Part shown: positions 33,014 through 41,832 of the stretch, in pieces | Layout: every line of letters starts with the position of its first letter | Position numbering within the stretch: position 1 is the first letter of the stretch | From: an uncultured Thermoplasmatales archaeon | GTDB taxonomy: Archaea; Thermoplasmatota; E2; DHVEG-1 | NCBI GenBank assembly: GCA_964597365.1 | Contig: CAZQXW010000014.1 | Span: 1 to 43,727 of the forward strand | Length of the DNA stretch: 43,727 nt | Direction of reading: 5' to 3' | Made by a program: the position numbers and the translations under genes | Notes under the pieces: generated by a model | The model's database searches: none | Told to the model about the DNA's origin: nothing | The model's input: only the letters and a program-made list of their open reading frames with translations

Positions 33014-33250
33014 TTGCCATCTGCCAAAAAGACAAGAGAAGGGATAAAAAATATGGTTAATAAATGTATAAATAGATTAATCGGAAAGAAATGCAAGATT
33101 GTAGCAAGAGAACCCGGAGAAAAAAACCCTTTTACAATATCTGGTATACTAACTGAGTTTGATGACAAAAATGGTTTTTTGATAATTGAATCAAAAAAAG
33201 GAACTGGCTGTATAAATATTTCAACTGTTGAAGCTATTAAGCCAAGATAA
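33014..33250 (+). CDS. small hypothetical protein (possibly small beta-barrel/SH3-like); probable start at internal ATG ~33053 (MVNKCIN…)
   Basis: ORF of 65-78 aa with balanced composition (…KIVAREPGEKNPFTISGILTEFDDKNGFLIIESKKGTGCINISTVEAIKPR). No family assigned. Confidence 0.35.
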   Translation: MPSAKKTREGIKNMVNKCINRLIGKKCKIVAREPGEKNPFTISGILTEFDDKNGFLIIESKKGTGCINISTVEAIKPR

Positions 33251-33304
33251 AAATATTATTCAAAACTTTTTATAGTATGAACTAATTCAGGCCGCCGAAC
33301 CCTA

Positions 33305-34498
33305 ATGAAAAATATAAAAAAAGAACATGTCGCACTATTGCTGGTATCAGTCGGATGGTTCCTGATTCTCTCAGGTAGATACAGCATATCTTCTCTTCTT
33401 GTAAACATAGAAAACGAACTTGGAATAGGACATACTGAAGCAGGAATTGCACTTTCAGCGATGTGGCTTTTTTATGGTTTGATGCAATTTCCATCAGGAA
33501 TATTTTCAGATATAAAAGGCAGAAAAATAAGTATAATTCTTTCAATGACTGTTTTTTCATTTGCATATCTAATGTTGGGTTTTTCAGTTCATTATGTAAT
33601 GTTTTTCTTCTCAGTAATACTTCTTGGGATGAGCACAGGAGGATATCCCACTGTTGGAATTGCAATGCTTACAGATATTTTTAAAGAAAAACGTGGAAAA
33701 GCATTAGGAATTCACTCAAGTGCAGGCTCGCTTGCAGGAGTAGCACCAATAATTGCATCTATTATTGCAGCATTTTATGACTGGAGATTGTTTTTCATTA
33801 TATGGGCAGCAATAAGTTTTGTTGCAATGCTTGTTTTTTTGAGAAAAACATGGGAATCAACTACACTTCCACCCCAAGTTTCATTAAAAGAAAGAGTAAT
33901 GGATGGTTTTTCTGTTTTTAAATTTAAAAAAATATGGTTATTTTTCTTTGTAAATCTTTCACTTGCTTTTTCATGGATAGGATACATGTCATTTTATCCT
34001 ACTTACCTGATTGAGGGTAAAGGATTTAGCGAAATACAGGCAGGCCTTGCCCTTGCCGTACTTGCTACCAGTGGCCTTTTATTAAAACCAATAATTGGTA
34101 GTCTTTCTGACAAACACAATAAAAAATTGATAATTTTTATTTTAACACTTCTTTCTGCAAGTGGAACACTGCTTCTTGTTTTTGCAGAATTTTTACCACT
34201 TATTTTCTTAATTAGTTTCTTACTTTCATTTACAAGTGGAGCATTTCCCGTAATATCTTCATATCTAATGGATCAATGGGGTGAAAAGGGAAGAGGTGGA
34301 AAACTTGGTTTTTACAGATCACAAATTATACTATTTGGAAGTCCAATATCAGCATATATCGGTTTTACCGCAAGCAGATATGGTTTCTGGCTTCCATTTT
34401 TGACTATTTCTGCTATATTATTCACATCTTCTACTGTTATGATGATAAGTATACTTTTAGATAGAAATAGAGAAAAAAATAAAAAAGTAGATGGATGA
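33305..34498 (+). CDS. MFS transporter
   Basis: 397 aa with 12 predicted TM helices. The MFS loop 2-3 motif is …GIFSDIKGRKISI… and it repeats in the second half (…GSLSDKHNKK…). Confidence 0.85.
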   Translation: MKNIKKEHVALLLVSVGWFLILSGRYSISSLLVNIENELGIGHTEAGIALSAMWLFYGLMQFPSGIFSDIKGRKISIILSMTVFSFAYLMLGFSVHYVMFFFSVILLGMSTGGYPTVGIAMLTDIFKEKRGKALGIHSSAGSLAGVAPIIASIIAAFYDWRLFFIIWAAISFVAMLVFLRKTWESTTLPPQVSLKERVMDGFSVFKFKKIWLFFFVNLSLAFSWIGYMSFYPTYLIEGKGFSEIQAGLALAVLATSGLLLKPIIGSLSDKHNKKLIIFILTLLSASGTLLLVFAEFLPLIFLISFLLSFTSGAFPVISSYLMDQWGEKGRGGKLGFYRSQIILFGSPISAYIGFTASRYGFWLPFLTISAILFTSSTVMMISILLDRNREKNKKVDG

Positions 34499-34501
34499 AA
34501 A

Positions 34502-36472
34502 TTATATTATTTCATCTATCATTGGAACTAATTGTTTATCCTTAAATCCTCTCTGTTGCATAGCACCAGATGGACAACTTGCGACACATGCGCCACATCC
34601 CATACAAAGTGCTTCATTTACCTTTGCATGAGTAGTTCCATCTTTTTCTTTTACAAGCTCTATTGCACTATATGGACAAACCGTAATACATGTTCCACAA
34701 CCAGAGCATAATTCTTCTGTAACAAATGATACTTGAGGCTCTGCTTCAAGTTCTTTTTGAGATAATATATTTGCAGCTCTAGCAGCCGCTGCACTTGCTT
34801 GTGCAACTGTGTCTTGTATATCCTTTGGTGCCTGACAGCATCCTGCAATAAATATACCATTTGTCGCAGTATCAACTGGTTTTAGTTTTGGATGAGCTTC
34901 TAGTAAAAAGCCGTCTGCGCCTTTTGAAATACGAAGTATTTTTGATATTTCCTCAGAGTCATCTCTTGCTACAAGTGCTGGTACTATTACCACAAGATCT
35001 GTTTTTATTTCAAAGAGCTTGTTTGTAGTTGTATCAAAAATATCAATTGTAAGATTGTCACCCATGTTTCTTACTTCAGAGGGTCTACCCCTAAACATGT
35101 TTGTATTCATACCACGAATTTTTCTATAAAACTCTTCGTATCCTTTTCCAAAGCTACGTATATCTGTGTAGCATATGTTCATTTCAACTTCATCGCCAAG
35201 TTTTTCTTTTAGAAGGTATACTTGCTTAAGTGCACTCATGCAACCTATACGACAGCACCATGAACACTCGTTTTCATCACGAGAGCCAGCACAAAGAACA
35301 TATGTGATACTCTTTGGTTTTTCACCATTCGAGGGTTTTATTATTTCACCCATTGTAGGGCCTGATGAATTAATGAGGCGCTCCATTTGCATGCTTGTAA
35401 TAACATCATCTGAATGTGCAGATCCATACTCATACATGCTTTCAGGATCAAGTAAATCATAACCAGTTGCGACAACAATTGCTCCGACCTTCAATTCGAG
35501 TTCTTCATCTTTTTGTTTGAAGTCTATTGCACCTGCCTCGCATGCTTCTACACAAAGAGCTCCTTTTCCACATTTGCCTTTTGTAAGCATCAGGCAACTG
35601 TTTGGATCAATTGTACATTTTAGTGGCACTGCCTGTGGAAATGGCATGTAAATCGCACTTCTCTTGCCAATGCCTTCATCAAATTCAGATACAACATGTC
35701 CTTTCATTCGACATGCATCAACACAGTCTCCACAGCCTGTACATTTATTCATATCTACATATCGTGCTTTCTTTTTGATTTTAACATTATAGTTTCCAAT
35801 GCTCCCCTCAACACCAGTGACTTCCGAATATGTCAGAAGTTCGATGTTTTTATGATTCAACACTTCCATCATCTTTGGTGTAAGTATACATCCACTGCAG
35901 TCAAGAGTTGGAAAAGTCTTGTCAAGCTGAGCCATTCGACCACCAAGACTAGGGCTTTTTTCAACAAGATAAACTTTGTGTCCCTGATCTGCAAGGTCAA
36001 GTGAAGATTGAATTCCTGCAATACCTCCACCAATCACTAGTGCCTCAGGTGTTACATTTATCTTTGATTTTTCAAGTGGCTCTAAAAGTTTTGCTTTTGC
36101 AACAGCAGCTCTGACGAGTGCTTTTGCTTTTTCAGTGGCTTGCGCTTTATCATCATGTGCCCAACTGCACTGCTCACGAATATTTGCAATCTCAAGGTTA
36201 AAAGCATTTACACCACCTGCTTCTACTACTCCTCTGAAAGTGTGCTCATGCATACGAGGGCTACAGCAGGCAATTACGACACTGTCTAGTTTGTTTTTCT
36301 TAATCGAGTCTTTTATCAGATTTGCTCCTACATCAGAGCACATATATTTGTAATCCTTACTAATAGATACACCGTCAAGTTTTTTTGCATAATCTACCAG
36401 TTTTTTGACATCGACCATTTGAGAAATATTAATTCCACAGTGGCAAACGAATACTCCAATTTTGTTACCCAT
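34502..36472 (-). CDS. hdrA: heterodisulfide reductase subunit A (FAD, Fe-S)
   Basis: N-terminal IGVFVCHCGINIS cluster motif, a thioredoxin-reductase-like FAD fold (…VIGGGIAGIQ…) and inserted and C-terminal 2x[4Fe-4S] ferredoxin motifs. The likely start is the second Met, MGNKIG…, preceded by SD AGGGGGT. The ORF-track start at 36499 would overlap hdrB. Confidence 0.9.
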   Translation of the reverse strand: MGNKIGVFVCHCGINISQMVDVKKLVDYAKKLDGVSISKDYKYMCSDVGANLIKDSIKKNKLDSVVIACCSPRMHEHTFRGVVEAGGVNAFNLEIANIREQCSWAHDDKAQATEKAKALVRAAVAKAKLLEPLEKSKINVTPEALVIGGGIAGIQSSLDLADQGHKVYLVEKSPSLGGRMAQLDKTFPTLDCSGCILTPKMMEVLNHKNIELLTYSEVTGVEGSIGNYNVKIKKKARYVDMNKCTGCGDCVDACRMKGHVVSEFDEGIGKRSAIYMPFPQAVPLKCTIDPNSCLMLTKGKCGKGALCVEACEAGAIDFKQKDEELELKVGAIVVATGYDLLDPESMYEYGSAHSDDVITSMQMERLINSSGPTMGEIIKPSNGEKPKSITYVLCAGSRDENECSWCCRIGCMSALKQVYLLKEKLGDEVEMNICYTDIRSFGKGYEEFYRKIRGMNTNMFRGRPSEVRNMGDNLTIDIFDTTTNKLFEIKTDLVVIVPALVARDDSEEISKILRISKGADGFLLEAHPKLKPVDTATNGIFIAGCCQAPKDIQDTVAQASAAAARAANILSQKELEAEPQVSFVTEELCSGCGTCITVCPYSAIELVKEKDGTTHAKVNEALCMGCGACVASCPSGAMQQRGFKDKQLVPMIDEII

Positions 36473-36473
36473 C

Positions 36474-37343
36474 TTATTTACCCCCTGTGACTTTTTCAAC
36501 TGGGCTAAGATTCAAATCTAGACCTAGTTTTTCTTTTGAAATTCCAAAGGAAAGACCAATCATCTGCGTAAGGTAGAGTACTGGAACGTCTAGTTTTGCA
36601 GCAACTGTTTCACCTGCTTTTGTTTGTTTTGAATCATATTGTCTGTGGCACCATGGACATGTATCAATAAATGCATCAAATTTTTGTTCTTGTACGCGTT
36701 GGAGCTTCTGACCTGTTTTTGTAAGAGCAGATTCTGGAAGATTAGCATTTAAAAGACCTCCACAGCAGTCTAGTTTTTCTGAATAGTATTCTGGTTTTGC
36801 ACCAATTGCCGTAAGTATTTCCTCCATTTTTTGTGGGTTTTCTGAATCATCAGGTCTTCCTATTTCACTAGGTCGTATCAAGTGACAACCATAGTGTGTT
36901 GCAACTTTTATGTCTTTTAGTTGTTTTTTGACTTTCTTTTTTATTTTGTCAACACCAACAACTTTGTAAAGGATATCAAGTATGCTTAAAACATCAGATT
37001 TTCCAGTGTAGTTTAGTCCTTCATCGGCTAAGAATTTGTTTACCCTCTCGTTCATTTTAGGATCTGTATCAAGAATACGTTTTGCATCAGTAAGTGCCAT
37101 ATGACACATTGGACATGGTGCAAAAATATCAAGCCCTTCTTTTTCTGCAATTGCAATGTTTCTTGCAGAAAGAGTAAGAGTCATCATTTGATTAACGCTT
37201 TTAATAGGTTCACCGCAGCATGAGAAATTTTTGACATCTACAAGTTCTATACCAAGCTCTGGCATTACTTCCCTGATACTCATCTCATATGCGTATTGTT
37301 CGGTAGGCATTACACATCCGGGATAAAGAGCATATTTTTTCAT
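36474..37343 (-). CDS. hdrB: heterodisulfide reductase subunit B
   Basis: 289 aa. Two CCG domains (…NFSCCGEP…, …LDCCGGLL…). Confidence 0.9.
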   Translation of the reverse strand: MKKYALYPGCVMPTEQYAYEMSIREVMPELGIELVDVKNFSCCGEPIKSVNQMMTLTLSARNIAIAEKEGLDIFAPCPMCHMALTDAKRILDTDPKMNERVNKFLADEGLNYTGKSDVLSILDILYKVVGVDKIKKKVKKQLKDIKVATHYGCHLIRPSEIGRPDDSENPQKMEEILTAIGAKPEYYSEKLDCCGGLLNANLPESALTKTGQKLQRVQEQKFDAFIDTCPWCHRQYDSKQTKAGETVAAKLDVPVLYLTQMIGLSFGISKEKLGLDLNLSPVEKVTGGK

Positions 37344-37346
37344 GTT

Positions 37347-37874
37347 TTACACCTTCTCCACTGCAAGTTTTGAAAGCATTCCCATGAATTTTGCAGGATC
37401 TTTTGGTTTTGACATCTCGGGAAGTCCCAGGTCTGCTCGGTTCTTTGTTTTATTATCTCTAGTGTTTACACTTTTTATATCTTGCATAAGCCCTGTTGAA
37501 AGAACTGATTGGAGTAGTGCTGTATAATTTCCAGGTATTTGTTTTCCACTCGCAACAGCCATGTTTTTAAGAGCAAATATAACATCGACTGGTGCTATTT
37601 TTTGTGGACATCTTTCTCTGCATTTAAAACAGCTCATACAAGTCCAGATAATATCTGAGTTTACCATCTCATCTATGAGACCTCTTTTCAGGAGAGCAAC
37701 CATCTTATGTGGCTCAAGTTCTAGTAGCTTATGTGCTTCGCATCCTGATGTACATTTTGCACACTGATAACAATATTCAGATACTTCCTCTTGAAGTCTG
37801 GTTAATCTTTCGTTTATTTCTTTCCTCTGAGCAATTTGAGATTCGCTCATTGATGTCAAGTCTGTAATGCTCAT
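37347..37874 (-). CDS. hdrC: heterodisulfide reductase subunit C
   Basis: 175 aa. Two 4Fe-4S ferredoxin motifs (CAKCTSGCEAHK / CMSCFKCRERCP). Lies 3 nt upstream of hdrB. Confidence 0.9.
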   Translation of the reverse strand: MSITDLTSMSESQIAQRKEINERLTRLQEEVSEYCYQCAKCTSGCEAHKLLELEPHKMVALLKRGLIDEMVNSDIIWTCMSCFKCRERCPQKIAPVDVIFALKNMAVASGKQIPGNYTALLQSVLSTGLMQDIKSVNTRDNKTKNRADLGLPEMSKPKDPAKFMGMLSKLAVEKV

Positions 37875-37886
37875 TAAATAACCCCC

Positions 37887-37910
37887 AATAATTAACGTTT
37901 GTTAATTATT
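37887..37910. promoter_or_regulatory. perfect 10-bp inverted repeat AATAATTAAC-gttt-GTTAATTATT in the divergent hdrC / deacetylase promoter region
   Basis: Seen directly in the sequence. It is 13-36 nt upstream of the hdrC start on the minus strand and ~90 nt upstream of the deacetylase gene. Confidence 0.35.
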
Positions 37911-37998
37911 TATACTTTTGCAAGTTTCTTATCTTAAGTCAATATATAAAATCTACTAAAATTTAAAAGAGTACATAAGTTTAATATGAGAGTTTCTT

Positions 37999-39048
37999 AT
38001 GCCTCAAAAATATATGCATGGAATAGTATACCACGAAGACTACAACAAATACGACTTAGGAATAGAACATCCCTTAGTAGGAGACAAACCAAAAAGAACA
38101 ATGGATCTTTTAAAAGAAAAAAACATGCTCAAAGATGTAAAAGAGTTTTTAGCAGAAAAAGCAACAGAGAAAGACATTTTAAGAGCACATTCACAAGAAT
38201 ATGTAAATAAAGTCAAGGCTTTAAGCAAAACAGGAGGCATGCTTGCAGCAGATACACCAGCCCCCATTGGAATATTTCAAACCGCAAGCATTGCAACAGG
38301 TGGAACTGTTCTTGCCGGGAAAAAACTCTTTGAAAAATATACTGTTATGTCAAATCCACTTGGAGGTTTTCATCACGCGGGAAGAAATTCATCCTCCGGA
38401 TTTTGTTTCTTCAATGACATAGCAGTTGTAATTGAATACCTAAGAGAAAAAAACAAAATTGAAAGATTTGCAGTAGTCGATTTAGATGTACATCACGGTA
38501 ATGGAACACAGGACATATACTGCAGAGACCCTACTGTTTTAAATATTTCATTTCACCAGGATGGAAAAACACTTTATCCCGGAACTGGAGCAGTCGATTT
38601 TATTGGAAAAGAAGAAGGAGAAGGATACACAATAAATTTACCGCTACCACCTGGAACTGGTACTGCAAGTTATCTTACAGCATTCAACGACATAGTACCA
38701 CCATTACTAGAACAGTTCAAACCAGAAATAATCATATACCAATCAGGAGTAGATGCACATCATACTGACCCGCTAGCAGATTTATATCTTACATATCAAG
38801 CATATTTTTATCTTGCAAATAGCATGCTAAAACTTTCAAAAGAAATGTGTAACAAGCTTTTGGTATTATTTGGCGGAGGATATAATAGCGACTCAAGTAT
38901 TGTATCATACTATAATGTAATGTGTGGGCTACTCGAGCTTGAACATTACGCAAAAGAACAAGATAATTTCTCCCATCAAAAGTCAAATGTCGTAAAAAAC
39001 CAGGTTTCAAAGCTCCAAAATATCCTAAAACCGCATTGGAGTCTGTAA
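37999..39048 (+). CDS. histone-deacetylase-family (AcuC/HDAC-like) lysine deacetylase / amidohydrolase
   Basis: 349 aa. HDAC active-site signatures: …GGFHHAG… and …VVDLDVHHGNGTQD…. Confidence 0.85.
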   Translation: MPQKYMHGIVYHEDYNKYDLGIEHPLVGDKPKRTMDLLKEKNMLKDVKEFLAEKATEKDILRAHSQEYVNKVKALSKTGGMLAADTPAPIGIFQTASIATGGTVLAGKKLFEKYTVMSNPLGGFHHAGRNSSSGFCFFNDIAVVIEYLREKNKIERFAVVDLDVHHGNGTQDIYCRDPTVLNISFHQDGKTLYPGTGAVDFIGKEEGEGYTINLPLPPGTGTASYLTAFNDIVPPLLEQFKPEIIIYQSGVDAHHTDPLADLYLTYQAYFYLANSMLKLSKEMCNKLLVLFGGGYNSDSSIVSYYNVMCGLLELEHYAKEQDNFSHQKSNVVKNQVSKLQNILKPHWSL

Positions 39049-39138
39049 TATAAACTTTTTCTATCGACGATAACTTAATTAACATCGTTTAATATGCCCA
39101 CATCAACCTCATAAATATAAAAAAAGGAGGCGGTCAAA

Positions 39139-41805
39139 ACGGGCGTAGAATATCTTGATAAAGTATTTAAGCCAAAGAGTATCGCAGTAATAGGTGCAAG
39201 TGATAGAGTAGGTTCTGCAGGATACCGTATTTTTAGAAATCTTATTGGATCTGGTTTTGAAGGAGTAGTATACCCTGTTAACCCCAAAAAAGAAAGCATT
39301 CAGGGTGTACAGGCATACAAAGACATAAACGAGGTCCCAAAAGTAGTAGATTTAGCAATAATTGTAACTCCTTCAAAAGTAGTGTTAGATGTTGTAGAGC
39401 AATGCGGAAAGAAAGGAATCCATGGAATACTAATTATCTCAGCAGGCTTTAAAGAAATCGGCGAGGAAGGCAAAAAACTCGAGCAAAGATTACTTGACAT
39501 CAAAGAGAAATATAAACTTAGAATAGTTGGTCCCAACTGCGTAGGTTTCATACTTCCTTATCTTAATCTTAACGCAACATTTGCAGGTTCAATGCCTGAT
39601 AAAGGAAACATTGCATTATTTTCACAGAGTGGAGCAGTATGCGGCGCAATTCTTGACTGGGCGAAATCTTCAAAAGTAGGATTCAGCTCATTTGTATCAG
39701 TAGGATCTATGGCTGATGTAGACTTCGGAGATTTAATAGATTACTTTGGAAGAGATGCACATACCCGAAGTATTGTTTTGTACGTAGAATCAATTACTGA
39801 TGCTCGTAAATTTATGAGCGCATCAAGACACTTTGCACGCTCAAAGCCAATTGTTGTAATAAAATCAGGAAGGTTTAAGGAAGGTGCAAAAGCAGCATCA
39901 TCACACACTGGTGCAATGGCTGGTGAAGACTATATTTATGATGCAGCATTCAAACGAGCAGGTGTCGTTCGTGTAAAATACATATCTGATCTTTTCAACT
40001 GCTCATCAATTCTTGCAAAGCAACCTAGACCCACTGGCAGAAACCTTGCAATAATTACTAATGCAGGTGGCCCCGGAGTTCTTGCAACAGACGCCATTGT
40101 TGAAAAAGGAGGAAAACTGGCAGAACTTTCCAAAGAAACAATGGGAGAGCTAAACAGTTTCTTACCAACTCACTGGAGTAAAGCAAATCCAATAGACATC
40201 ATCGGAGATTCCGATGAAAAAGTATATGATAAAACAATTCAAGTATGTCTCAAGGACAAAAATATAGATGGCATTCTAATAATATGTGTTCCACAAGTAG
40301 TAGCAGATCCAAAGAGACTTGCTGACAGAATAATCGATCTTTCTAAAAAATCTACAAAACCAATTCTTACAAGTTTTCCAGGTGATGCAAGTGTACAGTA
40401 TGCAAGACAACTATTAAATGATAACAATGTACCAACCTATTCTACTCCTGAAGAAGCGGTTGAGTCATACATGTATCTTTATAATTATGCAAGAAACCTA
40501 GAGCTTTTATACGAAACACCTGAAGAACGTGACATAAAACTATCCAAGGAAAACCAATCAAAACTAAAAGAAATCTTAAACAATGCATTAAAAGAAAAAA
40601 GAACTCTCTTAAATGAAGATGAAGCAAAAGAATTCATAGAATTCTACGGAATAAAAACCACAAAACCCATAGTTGCAAGAACAGAAGATGAAGCAGTAAA
40701 ACTTGCTGAAAAAATAGGCTATCCTGTTGTTTTAAAAATCCATTCTAGAGATATATCCCATAAGAGCGACTCTGGAGGAGTAATGCTTAATTTAGACTGT
40801 GAAAAAAGTGTTAGAAAAGGATTTAAAACCATTATGAAAAACGTGAAAAAGAATGTACCAGATGCAAAAATTGAAGGTATTTCTGTTCAAATGATGGTAG
40901 AAAACAAAGGAGCAGAGTTCATACTTGGATCTAAAAAAGACCCAGTATTTGGCTCAATAATCCTCTTTGGCCTTGGCGGAATATTTACTGAACTGTTTAA
41001 GGATAGAGCAATTGGTTTTCCGCCATTAAACCAAGTACTTGCACAGCGCATTTTAGAAAAGACAAAGGCATACAAACTATTGAAAGGATATAGAAACATC
41101 CCCCCAGTAAACATGGAAAAAATGGAAGAAACAATGATTCGATTCTCACAGCTTATTGAGGACCATCCTGAAATTGCGGAAATCGATATAAACCCATTAA
41201 TTGCAAAGGGTGACGACCTTGTTGCAGTTGATGCAAGAATAGTACTCGACCCTAAACCTGAGAAAAAACCTCATATGATAATCAGTAAATATCCAAGCAA
41301 GTATATTAAAAAGGCAAAACTCAAAGACGGATCAGAAGTACTCATGCGACCAATAAAACCAGAGGATGAAATGCTCTGGCTTGACATGTTCAAATCATTT
41401 TCAGAAGAATCAGTAAGGTTCAGATTTTTCAGACTAATCCGTGATACACCTCATGAAATGCGTATAAGATATTGTAATATTGACTATGACCGTGAAATAG
41501 GAATCGTAGGCGAATACAACGACAAAGGCAAAAGAAGAATACTAGGAGTGACACGCATCATTAAAACACCTGGCCGTGATGATGAGGTAGAATTTGCATT
41601 AATTGTAAGTGACGAGTGGCAGAGAAAAGGACTAGGCTCGGAATTCCTCGACTTTACAATAGAAATTGCAGAAGATATGGGTGTAAAAAAGATTTATGGA
41701 ACAGTTCTAAAAGACAACCACCCGATGATTACATTATGTAAAGAAAAAGGATTTAAGATAATGGAAGGAGAACCTGGAGAGTATCACGTAGAATATAATT
41801 TATAA
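39139..41805 (+). CDS. Pat-like protein lysine acetyltransferase: NDP-forming acyl-CoA synthetase (CoA-binding + ligase + ATP-grasp) domains fused to a C-terminal GNAT domain; probable non-canonical (ACG) start
   Basis: The ORF track starts at GTG 39382. The frame is open from 39121 and encodes the conserved CoA-binding N-terminus (…YLDKVFKPKSIAVIGASDRVGSAGYRIFRNL…VNPKKESIQGVQAYKDINEVP…) with no ATG/GTG/TTG. AAGGAGG at 39124-39130 is followed 8 nt later by ACG-GGC-GTA-GAA. The catalytic His loop is …ASSHTGAMAG…, and the C-terminal GNAT is …FALIVSDEWQRKGLGSEFL…. Confidence 0.75.
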   Translation, partial: TGVEYLDKVFKPKSIAVIGASDRVGSAGYRIFRNLIGSGFEGVVYPVNPKKESIQGVQAYKDINEVPKVVDLAIIVTPSKVVLDVVEQCGKKGIHGILIISAGFKEIGEEGKKLEQRLLDIKEKYKLRIVGPNCVGFILPYLNLNATFAGSMPDKGNIALFSQSGAVCGAILDWAKSSKVGFSSFVSVGSMADVDFGDLIDYFGRDAHTRSIVLYVESITDARKFMSASRHFARSKPIVVIKSGRFKEGAKAASSHTGAMAGEDYIYDAAFKRAGVVRVKYISDLFNCSSILAKQPRPTGRNLAIITNAGGPGVLATDAIVEKGGKLAELSKETMGELNSFLPTHWSKANPIDIIGDSDEKVYDKTIQVCLKDKNIDGILIICVPQVVADPKRLADRIIDLSKKSTKPILTSFPGDASVQYARQLLNDNNVPTYSTPEEAVESYMYLYNYARNLELLYETPEERDIKLSKENQSKLKEILNNALKEKRTLLNEDEAKEFIEFYGIKTTKPIVARTEDEAVKLAEKIGYPVVLKIHSRDISHKSDSGGVMLNLDCEKSVRKGFKTIMKNVKKNVPDAKIEGISVQMMVENKGAEFILGSKKDPVFGSIILFGLGGIFTELFKDRAIGFPPLNQVLAQRILEKTKAYKLLKGYRNIPPVNMEKMEETMIRFSQLIEDHPEIAEIDINPLIAKGDDLVAVDARIVLDPKPEKKPHMIISKYPSKYIKKAKLKDGSEVLMRPIKPEDEMLWLDMFKSFSEESVRFRFFRLIRDTPHEMRIRYCNIDYDREIGIVGEYNDKGKRRILGVTRIIKTPGRDDEVEFALIVSDEWQRKGLGSEFLDFTIEIAEDMGVKKIYGTVLKDNHPMITLCKEKGFKIMEGEPGEYHVEYNL

Positions 41806-41832
41806 ACCATCATTTAATTTATATCGGGTAAT

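Noticed and set aside
33014-33052. TTG start of the small ORF at 33014
   Set aside because: An ATG (MVNKCIN…) ~39 nt downstream has an A-rich, SD-like GGATAAAAAAT context and is the more likely start. The gene itself is retained as low-confidence. My manual indexing near here disagreed with the ORF track by 1 nt across an A-run, so I deferred to the track.
36473-36499. First Met of hdrA (MKKSQGVNK-M…) overlapping hdrB by 26 nt
   Set aside because: The second Met, MGNKIGVFVCHCG, is preceded by AGGGGGT at correct spacing and removes the overlap. The extra 9 residues are not conserved-looking.
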